From NCBI GenBank assembly GCA_963733055.1, contig CAVTBR010000001.1, positions 1,152,001 to 1,216,000 of the forward strand: a DNA stretch of 64,000 nt, given 5' to 3'. Under the pieces are notes generated by a model, which did not search any database, had not been told where the DNA came from, and was given only the letters and a program-made list of their open reading frames with translations. Every line of letters begins with the position of its first letter. Position 1 is the first letter of the stretch. Of the stretch, positions 49,133-58,726 are shown piece after piece. The DNA comes from Candidatus Bathyarchaeota archaeon (GTDB lineage: Archaea; Thermoproteota; Bathyarchaeia; 40CM-2-53-6). The position numbers were made by a program, and so were the translations under genes.

Positions 49133-50416
49133 TTAGGATCTAAATGCGGCGATCCCAGGGAAGCGTGCACTCGATCCCAGTTCTTCCTCTATTCGCAGCA
49201 GCCGATTGTACTTGGCCGTGCGTTCGCCTCTACACGGTGCGCCTGTCTTGATCTGTCCGCAGTTCAACGCAACCGCGATATCCGATATGGTAGAGTCCTC
49301 AGTCTCTCCCGATCTGTGACTCGTCACCACGTGATAATGGCTTTTCAATGCAAGTTTAGCCGCATCAATCGCTTCCGTAAGAGATCCTATTTGGTTCACT
49401 TTCATGAGAAGCGCGTTAGCGGCTCCAACGCTGATTCCCTTCTTGAGCCTCGAGACATTGGTTACGAAAATATCATCGCCCACAATTTCGACTCTGTTCC
49501 CTATCTTCCTAGTCAGTTCCGCTGCGTGCTCGAAGTCTTCTTGCTCGAATGGGTCTTCGATGTACAGGATCGGAAAATCTTGGCTTAGTTTATTGTAGAA
49601 CTGCATCAGTTCTTCTGGAGTTTTGGTTTCGCCATCGAGCTGATACGTACCATTTTCGTAGAATTCAGAAGAGGCAGCATCGAATCCCACGAATACATCT
49701 TTGCCTGCGGAGTAGCCTGCTTCAGAAATACCCTGGAGAATAAGCTCTAGTGCCTCGGTAGTCTTGCTGAGCGGAGGAGCGAAGCCTCCTTCGTCGCCTA
49801 CATTGACGGCTGACTTTCCGTGCTTCGCCAAGATCACACTCTTGAGCGCGTGGTAAATCTCGGCTCCAATCCGCAGTGATTCACTGAAGCTCTTTGCTCC
49901 TGTCGGGATGACCATGAACTCCTGCATTTTCAAGCCGGTGCCCGCGTGTTTTCCTCCGTTTATGACGTTCATTACGGGAACTGGAAGCGTTCGCCCCTTA
50001 CCTTTGCTCAAATAATTGAAGAGGGAAATGCCCTGCAATTGAGCTGCTAATTTGGCGACGGCTAGTGATACCGCCAGTATCGCGTTTGCTCCAAGACGAG
50101 ACTTGTTAGGCGTCCCATCGAGCCTGATCATGAGCTTATCCAACTTTGATTGTTGGCGGGGGTCCAGGCCTTTCAGCTTTGGGCCGATTATTGTGTCAAT
50201 GTTCTTGACAGCAGTTAACACTCCCAGCCCGTTGTAACGTTTGGAGTTTCGATCGCGGAGTTCGAGCGCCTCATGTGTGCCGGTTGATGCGCCGGATGGT
50301 ACAGCAGCGGTGACAGATACGCCGCGGGCCGAAGTGGTCGCTTCAACAGTAGGGTTCCCACGAGAATCCAGAACCTCTCTTCCGATCACTTTCGTTATCG
50401 TTGTTCTATGGGGCAT
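49133..50416 (-). CDS. eno: Enolase
   Basis: DSRGNPTVE, PSGASTG, GDEGGF, KVNQIG and SHRSGET motifs. Confidence 0.97.
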   Translation of the reverse strand: MPHRTTITKVIGREVLDSRGNPTVEATTSARGVSVTAAVPSGASTGTHEALELRDRNSKRYNGLGVLTAVKNIDTIIGPKLKGLDPRQQSKLDKLMIRLDGTPNKSRLGANAILAVSLAVAKLAAQLQGISLFNYLSKGKGRTLPVPVMNVINGGKHAGTGLKMQEFMVIPTGAKSFSESLRIGAEIYHALKSVILAKHGKSAVNVGDEGGFAPPLSKTTEALELILQGISEAGYSAGKDVFVGFDAASSEFYENGTYQLDGETKTPEELMQFYNKLSQDFPILYIEDPFEQEDFEHAAELTRKIGNRVEIVGDDIFVTNVSRLKKGISVGAANALLMKVNQIGSLTEAIDAAKLALKSHYHVVTSHRSGETEDSTISDIAVALNCGQIKTGAPCRGERTAKYNRLLRIEEELGSSARFPGIAAFRS

Positions 50417-50593
50417 TTGTCGTGTCGGAGAAGTGGAAATCGAAAGTCACTTATCAATCATTGTGAGGAAACCCATCCAATTATTTTGCAATATCCTCAA
50501 CCATTCTGACACAGAGAACCTCGTCCAGAGCGTGAGTAGGCTGAGTCGTTTACCTTATTTGCAAATGCATGAAACAATCAATGTCAGAGACCA

Positions 50594-51190
50594 ATGCGTA
50601 AGAAACGCGGCTTGCTCATCGCCATTGAGGGAATCGATCAAGCGGGAAAGCGAACACAGGCTAGTCTCCTTGCCAAGAAAGTTCGAAGTCTAGGTTTGCC
50701 AGTATCCGTATGGAGCTTTCCCGATTACACAACCCCGCTGGGGAGGCAGTTGAAGGCTTACTTGGCAGGAAAGATTCGGCTCGACTTACATTCAGTTCAT
50801 CTACTCTATGCGGCGAACAAATGGGAATTGGCAGGTGATCTAGGGAATAGAATCGAGCGTGGTGGGATTGTTATTGTAAATCGCTACAGCCCTTCAAACT
50901 TAGCGTATGGAGTCGCGCACGGCCTCTCCCCGGCTTGGCTTAACTCCCTCGAGGATGGTTTGCCGAAACCCGACGTAGTCATCGTCTTGGACGTATCACC
51001 GCGAACATCATTCAAACGTAAGAGTAGAGAACGTGATCTTCACGAAGGCGATCTTACCTACCTCAGGAACGTGAGCAGAGCATACCTACGACTAGCAAGG
51101 AAGTATGGTTGGAAGATCGTGGACGGTCAGCAGGATTCTGAAACTGTACGAGGATTAGTTTGGGATAGAGTTTATGAATTTCTACGATGA
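50594..51190 (+). CDS. tmk: Thymidylate kinase
   Basis: IEGIDQAGKRTQ P-loop, FPDY.TP.G, NRYSPSNLAYG and LPKPD motifs. Confidence 0.9.
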   Translation: MRKKRGLLIAIEGIDQAGKRTQASLLAKKVRSLGLPVSVWSFPDYTTPLGRQLKAYLAGKIRLDLHSVHLLYAANKWELAGDLGNRIERGGIVIVNRYSPSNLAYGVAHGLSPAWLNSLEDGLPKPDVVIVLDVSPRTSFKRKSRERDLHEGDLTYLRNVSRAYLRLARKYGWKIVDGQQDSETVRGLVWDRVYEFLR

Positions 51191-51208
51191 CAACAGCGAT
51201 ATGAATGA

Positions 51209-52162
51209 TCAGAACTTCTGAACTACTTCGCTCCCGAACAGTTCTAGCGCTTCGAGTTCACGCTGCGGTTCGAAGTTCACGATGAAATATTCTATTCCCG
51301 CGTCTCTGAAACCCTCCACTTGACGCTTAACTTCCTCGGGAGTTCCCGAAGTCAGCATTTCTTTAACCCTCTCTTCCGGCACACCTTTCATAGCCTTCGC
51401 GACTCTAGTCTGGAGGGCGCTCTTATCCTTGTCAATCATTACGCGGCCTAGCTTTGTTTTCAAAATGGAGTCGTAATCGCGCCCAACTGCATTGCAGTGG
51501 TCCCGTAGGACTTTCAGTTTAGTTTTCACCGTATCGGTTGAACCGAAAATATTGCATGCGTCAGCATACTTGGCTACGATCTTCAACGTTTGACGTTCAC
51601 CGCTTCCACCCACCATTATTGGTGGGTGGGGTTTTTGGATTGGTTTAGGGTTGCAGTAGGCGTTCTTGATTTGGTAATATTTTCCTTGGAAGTTTGCTCG
51701 GTCCTCTGTCCACATTGCTTTAATGACTTGGATAGCCTCTTCAAGCCGACGCATACGCTCCTTCACGTCGGGGAACGGAATCCCATATGCTGAGGCCTCA
51801 TCTTCATTCCAAGCAGCCCCAATTCCCATGAAGAGTCTACCTTTACTCAATACGTCCAGCGTGGCGCCGATCTTGGCTAGGACGGACGGGTGTCGGTACA
51901 CATTGCCGGTCACGAGAGTTCCAACCTTGATCTTTGAAGTGAGGTCGGCGACTACCGCTTGTGTCGTCCAACCCTCAAGCATGGGCTCCTGGGGTTCACC
52001 AACGTACTGGATTTGGTGAAAGTGATCCATAACCCAGAACGAATCAAAACCAAGGCTTTCCCCACGTGTCACGAGTCTTTTCAAAGAATCCACGATGGCT
52101 GGGCCTTGGCCGTCGTAGGTAAAATTGGCGTGCTGAAAACCGAACTTCAATTCAACTACCAA
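51209..52162 (-). CDS. LLM-class, probable F420-dependent oxidoreductase
   Basis: FDSFWVMDHFHQI, PMLEGWT, YRHPSVLAK and PPIMVGGSGE motifs (Rv1855c-like family). Confidence 0.87.
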   Translation of the reverse strand: MVVELKFGFQHANFTYDGQGPAIVDSLKRLVTRGESLGFDSFWVMDHFHQIQYVGEPQEPMLEGWTTQAVVADLTSKIKVGTLVTGNVYRHPSVLAKIGATLDVLSKGRLFMGIGAAWNEDEASAYGIPFPDVKERMRRLEEAIQVIKAMWTEDRANFQGKYYQIKNAYCNPKPIQKPHPPIMVGGSGERQTLKIVAKYADACNIFGSTDTVKTKLKVLRDHCNAVGRDYDSILKTKLGRVMIDKDKSALQTRVAKAMKGVPEERVKEMLTSGTPEEVKRQVEGFRDAGIEYFIVNFEPQRELEALELFGSEVVQKF

Positions 52163-52280
52163 AAATCTGAAGCTCTTGCGCCCTAAATAGCGTTTGTTGG
52201 AGTGTAGTCACTGCATGCAGCTTGTATAGGCGTGCTGGCTATGGTTCAGCTGAAATTCAAGAGTCAGGCGTGAGCTCGGA

Positions 52281-53555
52281 TTGAATGAACAGGCTTTTTG
52301 GGGTTTCATTAAGGATCCACTATACGGATACATTCGTCTTACAGAAATCGAACGGAATGTCATCGACACTCTAGCAGTGCAACGGTTGCGCAGAATTAGG
52401 CAGCTTGCAGGTGCGGAGTTTGTCTACCCGGCCGCAAACCACACAAGGTTCGAGCACGTTTTGGGCACCATGTATCTCGCGGGCGTGGTCTCCGACAATC
52501 TGCCCGTTCAATTGACATCCGATGAGCGCCAGAGGGTGCGGTTGGCAGCGTTACTTCATGATGTCGGACACGCGCCTTTCTCCCATCTCTTCGAACCATT
52601 ACTGTTGAAGTACATGCAGCGAAACCATGAGGACATGTCAAGGTGGATCATTGCAGACTCAAGCCTAGCGGATGTCATAACCAAACAAGGCATCGACGCA
52701 AAGAGTTGAGCGGGCTAGCGGTCGGCAAACCATCAAAGACTGAGAAACCCTTTCTAGGCCAGATAATCAGCAGTTCGTTTGACGTGGATAAGATGGATTT
52801 CGTCGTCCGCGATTCATATCACACTGGCGCGGGCTACGGTTCGGTTGACGTCTTCCGCCTCATTTACACCATGGATGTCCTCAACGGCAACTTGGCAGTG
52901 GACATAACTGCCCTACCAACTCTCGAGAGCCTAATCCTTGCACGGCTTGAATCTTTCAAAACAATCTATTTTCACAGGGCTTGCAGAGCCGTCCAAATGA
53001 TGCTCGTCAAAGCCTTGGAAGCAGCTAAAGACGATCTGGCAATACTGCAAGCCAAGACTCCAGATGAATACTTGGAATGGGACGACTATACGGTTTGGTC
53101 GAAACTCAGCGCAAACAAACTCTCGCGAAATCGTGAGAGACATCTCTTCGAGGAGGCTGCTCAAATGCGCATATGAGAGAACTTTCTACGTGAGAGATGA
53201 ACTCGTTTCAAGCGTCTTTACAAACGAAAATGTGCGTCTAAAACTCGAGGAAGAGATCGCCTCGAAAGCCAAAGTTCCAAGGTCCAGCGTGGGGATCGAT
53301 GTACCCTCGCTGTCCTCAGTGCCCTACCACTACGCAATGGATATTGGCCCAATAGACATACCAATGTTCTCCCGAAACCGTTCTGGTGAGAAGACCCCGG
53401 AGAAGATCGGGAAGTTATCGAGAGTCGTTGATGATCTTCAGGTTTTCATGAACATAATACGCGTCTACACGAACGATCAGTATAGGGAGCAGGTCAGTGA
53501 CGCAGCGGCGCAGGTCCTCGGCGAGTCACCCCTTTCAAACGTTCTGTCGTATTGA
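52281..53555 (+). CDS. HD-domain phosphohydrolase (SAMHD1/YdhJ-like), two frameshifts
   Basis: IKDPLYG, QRLRRIRQL, HTRFEH, LLHDVGHAPFSH, DVDKMD and IYFH across three ORFs; shifts near 52701 and 53120. Confidence 0.85.
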
Positions 53556-53918
53556 AGAATTGATCGGCCCAGTATTCTCGTCGGAAGCTTGAGCCAATTG
53601 AATTTGGTCGAGTAGTTTAGTGTATATTCTTAGAGCCTCTGCTTCGTCGAGTTCCGTGAACAAGGAAACTAGTGCGATCCGTCCGCTTTTTCCCGCAAGT
53701 TTCTCGGCTAGAGCTCGGCTCGTCATGAGGTACTTGCCCCCCACCAATACGGAAGAACGCCCGACGGCAACTTCACGTAGACCAGGCATAGCGATCGCGA
53801 CCGTTCCGAGACGCATGCGATCTTCGAACAGGAAAGCTACTATGGCATTCTCCAATTGGCTGTAATTGGCTCTGAAAGTCCTTGTTCCAACTTTCAGCGT
53901 TGTTTCAGTCATTTCCAT
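53535..53918 (-). CDS. Proteasome assembly chaperone 4 (PAC4)-like protein
   Basis: RLGTVAIAMP...SSVLVG...SRALAEKLA.KSG...LVS pattern. Confidence 0.55.
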   Translation of the reverse strand: MEMTETTLKVGTRTFRANYSQLENAIVAFLFEDRMRLGTVAIAMPGLREVAVGRSSVLVGGKYLMTSRALAEKLAGKSGRIALVSLFTELDEAEALRIYTKLLDQIQLAQASDENTGPINSSIRQNV

Positions 53919-54097
53919 TGAGCATCATCAAGACCAGTCAAAGACAGGGTACTTAACTAGAGCGACGAAAAACACCTGAAATTGCTATGTCTAGCTTCTT
54001 TTCCACTGACGTTCCATGGCCTTTTTTGATGCTGCGAAGCAATACATCTTATCATCAAAGCTGTTCCAGACCCTACCGTTGTCTGAGGTCTGCTTGA

Positions 54098-54685
54098 TTG
54101 GCGTCGCTTCCTGTACCAGATGACATGAGGCACCTCGTCAATTACGACGAGAAAGTCATTTGGGTTCTCAGGGGCAGCGAGACAGTAGTTGTAAGCGACC
54201 AAAGAATCATTATTCGCAAATCCGGGAGTCTAGGGCTCAAGAAGAACTTCGTAGATTACCCATACTCAAACATGGTCAACATTAGGCTTGAACGTGGAGT
54301 GGTTAAGGCTAGCGTCGAAATTCTCATGCGCTCTGGCGTTCAGAACATAAAGATCGGAAGTCTCACCAAAGCAGATGCCTACCAGCTTCACCGAGTTCTA
54401 AGAGAGAACATCATCAAGGGTTCTCCATCAGGTGTCATGCAGCCCCCTTCCGTAATCATTCAGAACCCGCTGCAATCGAAACCAGAGGAAGAGAAGAGCG
54501 GGGAGCAGATGTGTAAGGAGTGCGGCCACAAAGTTTCGGATGATTTCGCCCTATGCCCGTTCTGTAGGTATCCGCTCAAGGTAGAATGTCCCGAGTGTGG
54601 GAAGAGAGTGGACACGAAATTCAAGTCGTGCCCCTACTGTGGAGAAGATCTTTCCTACGTCCAAGAAATGAGCCAGGATCTCTAG
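54098..54685 (+). CDS. Bacterial-PH domain plus double zinc-ribbon protein
   Basis: VVSDQRIIIRK.G.LG......PYSNM.NI.L..G (bPH-like) followed by CKEC/CPFC/CPEC/CPYC. Confidence 0.75.
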   Translation: MASLPVPDDMRHLVNYDEKVIWVLRGSETVVVSDQRIIIRKSGSLGLKKNFVDYPYSNMVNIRLERGVVKASVEILMRSGVQNIKIGSLTKADAYQLHRVLRENIIKGSPSGVMQPPSVIIQNPLQSKPEEEKSGEQMCKECGHKVSDDFALCPFCRYPLKVECPECGKRVDTKFKSCPYCGEDLSYVQEMSQDL

Positions 54686-54737
54686 ACTCACCGCCAAGCC
54701 TTTCTCAAGGAAAACAACCCCCTTCGCAGAATCCCGA

Positions 54738-55430
54738 ATGATAATCGCCATCATTTCCGACATACACGCGAACCTACCAGCTCTTGAAGCAGTAATCGAT
54801 AAACTCCCAAAACACGACGAACTATTCTGCCTCGGCGATATCGTGGGATACGGACCCCAACCAAACGAAGTAATCGCAAGACTCCGAGAACTTCCCCCTT
54901 CAGTTACTCTACAAGGCAACCACGACGCCGCGGTCGTCAGCGGAGACGTGGAAGGATTCTCAACAAACGCAGCGACAGCCGTTGAATGGACGAGACGAAT
55001 GGTGGACTCTACGAGTCGTGACTACTTAGCCACGCTGATACCATCTGCAAGACTACAGCGTGAGGGGCACACGCTCGCGCTCTATCACGGCAGCCCTCGT
55101 GATCCATTGAATGAATACGTCTTCCCAGGGGTGACTGCAAGCGATGGACGGAACCTGATGAAAGCGGCATCGGCAAGTATCGTCCTCCTTGGGCATACTC
55201 ACATGCCCATGCTATACACATTCGAGAATGGTGTTCTGGCAAACCCCGGAAGCGTGGGTCAACCCAGGGATGGCGACCATCGAGCAAGTTTCGCTATTCT
55301 CACCATTTCTCAAGAGGATGTCAAGTTCGAGGTTCAGAGAGTTGAGTACACTGTCAGTCTCGTAGCAGATAGAATCCTTCGCAGTGGGCTTCCAAGTTTT
55401 CTAGCTGAACGATTGTACACGGGCATGTAG
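54738..55430 (+). CDS. Metallophosphoesterase (YfcE/MJ0912-like)
   Basis: SDIHAN, LGDIVGYG, GNHD, HGSP, GHTH and NPGSVGQPRDG motifs. Confidence 0.9.
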   Translation: MIIAIISDIHANLPALEAVIDKLPKHDELFCLGDIVGYGPQPNEVIARLRELPPSVTLQGNHDAAVVSGDVEGFSTNAATAVEWTRRMVDSTSRDYLATLIPSARLQREGHTLALYHGSPRDPLNEYVFPGVTASDGRNLMKAASASIVLLGHTHMPMLYTFENGVLANPGSVGQPRDGDHRASFAILTISQEDVKFEVQRVEYTVSLVADRILRSGLPSFLAERLYTGM

Positions 55431-55521
55431 ATGGCTTCGACATTATGCTGATTTGTTGAGCTACTCTTTTAAGCGACTGAGATGTCATGCGCAAAATCAA
55501 CAACGGGCAGGACATGAGATA

Positions 55522-55599
55522 ATGAGTGGTTGTAACTTCGGTGGTCACATTTACGGTGACCGCTACTGGCTTGCCCACACTAGGCTCTTCCCGAACTAG
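55522..55599 (+). promoter_or_regulatory. Candidate leader peptide uORF (MSGCNFGGHIYGDRYWLAHTRLFPN) of the aromatic biosynthesis operon
   Basis: 5 of 25 codons aromatic (F,Y,Y,W,F); TTTTAAG box at 55467; hairpin 55540-55564; TAG followed by a T run. Confidence 0.4.
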
Positions 55600-55654
55600 T
55601 TTTTCGCTCAACGCAACGCTGGAAACCGAGACCAAACTGAGTGCAGCTGGTGCC

Positions 55655-56893
55655 TTGAAGCAAGGTTCAAAGACGCTGGTCGTCAAGTTTGGGGGCTCTA
55701 GCCTTCGAGACAAGGACCGAGTAAGCAACGCGGCGACGCTAATCGCCAAGGAAAGCCAGAAGGGCACACGATTAGTCGTGGTCGTATCGGCTATGGGAAA
55801 GATGACTGATCAACTCCTAGACTTGATCCGTCAAGATTCCGCAGAGAACCTTGACAAAACCGACTCAGACGACATCCTAGCGATGGGCGAGAGGACAAGC
55901 GTCAGAGTCTTCGCAACCGCTCTCAAGGCTGTAGGAGTCGAAGCAAAGTACTTCGACCCAGGAGAATCCAATTGGCCTATCATAACCGACGATAACTTCT
56001 CCGATGCAAATCCGATTCTTGAACTATGTTTGCAGAGAGTCCGCGAACACGTAGTTCCGCTTCTTGACTGGGGTACTGTTCCGGTGATTGCGGGGTTTGT
56101 GGGGCGTTCTACGGCAGGGAAAGTTAGTACAATTGGCCGAGGGGGAAGCGACACAACTGCTTTCATAATTGCGAAAGGGATAGGGGCGGACGAGGTCGTT
56201 CTCGTCACCGACGCGGATGGTATACTTTCCGCCGATCCGAGACTAGTTCCGGACGCCCGTAAGCTAGATCGGATAGATGTCAGAATTCTCATTGGACTGG
56301 CGGATTCTGGGACGAAGTTCATCCATAGAAAGGCTCTCAGGTATAAGGACCCAGATATTCCTGTGAGAGTCATAAATCATGAGAAGCGTGATCTCGGGGC
56401 CGAGGGGACGATTATCACTGGCGGTATTGCGAGTGAGATCGAAGTTACCTTTGAAGAAAATCGGCAAACTATGGCTGTAACGATCGCCGGTAAGGGAATT
56501 TCCGAGAACCCGGAGATACTGACCGATGTAATCAAGGAAATACGCAAGCACTCAACGCTAGACGGCCTATCTGAGAACTTCGACTCATTAATCTTCTACG
56601 TTCCACAGACGGAAACGAACTCGGTTCTAGCCGCGGTACACAATGTCATTATGAAGTATGGCGAAGCGATGGCCTTGGCTGTCCAACCCAACTTAGCATT
56701 TCTCAAAGTGAAAGGAGTAGGCTTGGAGGATTCACCTGGAATAATTGGTAGAATCTCGTCCCATCTGCTTGAGAACCGAATCAACATCTATGGGATGCTT
56801 ACAATTGCTTCTAGCATACTCGTATTTGTCGCCTGGGACGACAAGGAACTCGCCCTGCGATTGATGAAACAGATTGCAAAGAGAGAACTGTGA
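55655..56893 (+). CDS. lysC: Aspartate kinase
   Basis: VVKFGGSS, VVSAMG, MGERTS, GRGGSDTTA, DGILSADP and C-terminal ACT domains; probable start TTG 55655. Confidence 0.92.
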   Translation: MKQGSKTLVVKFGGSSLRDKDRVSNAATLIAKESQKGTRLVVVVSAMGKMTDQLLDLIRQDSAENLDKTDSDDILAMGERTSVRVFATALKAVGVEAKYFDPGESNWPIITDDNFSDANPILELCLQRVREHVVPLLDWGTVPVIAGFVGRSTAGKVSTIGRGGSDTTAFIIAKGIGADEVVLVTDADGILSADPRLVPDARKLDRIDVRILIGLADSGTKFIHRKALRYKDPDIPVRVINHEKRDLGAEGTIITGGIASEIEVTFEENRQTMAVTIAGKGISENPEILTDVIKEIRKHSTLDGLSENFDSLIFYVPQTETNSVLAAVHNVIMKYGEAMALAVQPNLAFLKVKGVGLEDSPGIIGRISSHLLENRINIYGMLTIASSILVFVAWDDKELALRLMKQIAKREL

Positions 56894-57924
56894 TGAAAGC
56901 CGCTATACTCGGAGCGACAGGGCTAGTGGGTCAACGATTTGTACAAATGTTGAACGATCACGAGTGGTTCGAGATCGCCGTGTTAACCGGATCAGAAAGA
57001 AGTTCGGGAGTCAAATACGGAGATGTGGTGAACTGGAGAATGGAGACACCACTGAAGAAAGAAGTTGCGTCGCTTACCGTACAACCTTCGGACCCTAAAT
57101 CGGTAGACGCCGACGTTGTCTTTTCCGCCCTACCCGCTGAACAGGCGCAAGGAATCGAAGTGGACTTCGCAAGAGAAGGTTTCGCAGTAGTTAGCAACGC
57201 CTCGTCCCACAGAATGGACCCAGATGTCCCACTGATGAATCCAGAGGCCAACTTCACTCACCTGTCACTGATCGATGAACAAAGGCGAAATCGAAAATGG
57301 GACGGCTCGATCGTAACCAACCCTAACTGCACGACGGCAGTACTAACTCTGCCCCTAAAACCCATCTGCGACGTGTTTGGGCTGAGGAATGTCGTCGTGT
57401 CCTCCATGCAGGCAACCTCGGGAGCAGGATATCCAGGCGTAGCTTCGTTGGACATAATCGACAACGTAATCCCATTCATTAAAGGAGAAGAGGAGAAAGT
57501 TCAACGAGAGACCGCAAAGATTCTAGGTCAAGCGGGACGTCCGGCAGAGTTCGTAGTGTCGGCAAGTTGTCATCGTGTGGCGGTGCTTGACGGACACACG
57601 GAAGCCGTTTTCGTTCAAACCGAGAAACCCGCAACGCCTGCGCAGGTGGAGCACTGCATGGAAGTATTCTCGGCGGAGCCGCAGAAACTGAAGCTCCCAA
57701 CAGCCCCAGAACATCCCGTAGTTGTGAGATCGGATCAATACCGGCCGCAGCCACGGTTCGATAGAGACGAGGGGCATGGCATGTCGGTGGTAGTTGGGAG
57801 GGTTCGCAGTGACCCTGTGTTCTCTGGCGTCAAGTATGTATGCCTAGGGAACAATACAATCCGAGGAGCGGCCGGTTGCGCTCTGCTAATAGCTGAGTCG
57901 ATGAAATCACAAGGATACCTCTGA
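56890..57924 (+). CDS. asd: Aspartate-semialdehyde dehydrogenase (archaeal type)
   Basis: GATGLVGQRF, NPNCTT, QATSGAGYPG and NTIRGAAG motifs. Confidence 0.95.
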   Translation: MMKAAILGATGLVGQRFVQMLNDHEWFEIAVLTGSERSSGVKYGDVVNWRMETPLKKEVASLTVQPSDPKSVDADVVFSALPAEQAQGIEVDFAREGFAVVSNASSHRMDPDVPLMNPEANFTHLSLIDEQRRNRKWDGSIVTNPNCTTAVLTLPLKPICDVFGLRNVVVSSMQATSGAGYPGVASLDIIDNVIPFIKGEEEKVQRETAKILGQAGRPAEFVVSASCHRVAVLDGHTEAVFVQTEKPATPAQVEHCMEVFSAEPQKLKLPTAPEHPVVVRSDQYRPQPRFDRDEGHGMSVVVGRVRSDPVFSGVKYVCLGNNTIRGAAGCALLIAESMKSQGYL

Positions 57925-57937
57925 GAGTGATCGAATA

Positions 57938-58726
57938 ATGGAATCCGGCAAGACCAGAAGGTTACGAAGAATCATGAGAGCTGATTCTAAGAGTTTCATA
58001 ATTGCCATGGACCACGGCGTCACGCTAGGCCCCGTCCGAGGATTAGAGAATATGCAGGAAACCGTAAAACGTGTAATCAGCGGCGGAGCGGACGCCGTGT
58101 TAGTGCACAAGGGCATAGCAAAACATGTTGACACACAAGGCTCAGGATTGATAATTCACGTCTCCGCCTCCACCAAACTAGGTGGCAAGCCCAATTTGAA
58201 GGTCGGCGTATGCACTCTCGCTGAAGCAGTTAGACTCGGGGCCGACGCAGTTTCAGCGCACATCAACATAGGGTCCGAGGACGAAGGCAAGATGCTTGAA
58301 TTTCTCGGCAGCCTCTCAGAGCAATGCGATTCATTCGGCATTCCCTTACTCGCAATGATGTACCCACGGGGCCCGAACGTAAAGAACGAGAACGAATACG
58401 AAGTGGTGTCACATGCGGCTAGGATCGGAGCGGAACTTGGAGCCGACGTAGTCAAAACCGTTTACACAGGGGACACCAACAGTTTTCGACGAGTGGTGCA
58501 GAGTTGCCCGGTTCCCGTTGTCGTAGCTGGCGGGCCCAGAATGAAGACGGACATGGACATTCTTGAGCTTGGCGAGAGCTCTATGAAAGCCGGCGCGGCC
58601 GGGCTTTCATTTGGTAGGAACGTCTTCCAGCACGATAGACCTGAAGCAATGAGCAGAGCCCTAGCAGCGATCGTTCACGAGCATGCGAACGCAAAGGACG
58701 CTTCAAAGCTGCTTGAGGGGTCTTAG
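57938..58726 (+). CDS. aroA': 2-amino-3,7-dideoxy-D-threo-hept-6-ulosonate synthase (MJ0400 family)
   Basis: MDHGVTLGP, HKG, MMYPRG, ELGADVVKT and GRNVFQH motifs; upstream of DHQ synthase II. Confidence 0.9.
   Translation: MESGKTRRLRRIMRADSKSFIIAMDHGVTLGPVRGLENMQETVKRVISGGADAVLVHKGIAKHVDTQGSGLIIHVSASTKLGGKPNLKVGVCTLAEAVRLGADAVSAHINIGSEDEGKMLEFLGSLSEQCDSFGIPLLAMMYPRGPNVKNENEYEVVSHAARIGAELGADVVKTVYTGDTNSFRRVVQSCPVPVVVAGGPRMKTDMDILELGESSMKAGAAGLSFGRNVFQHDRPEAMSRALAAIVHEHANAKDASKLLEGS

Noticed and set aside
55487-55522. uORF MRKINNGQDMR as the leader peptide
   Set aside because: Its ATG is too close to the TATA box to lie inside the transcript, and it has no regulatory codon bias.
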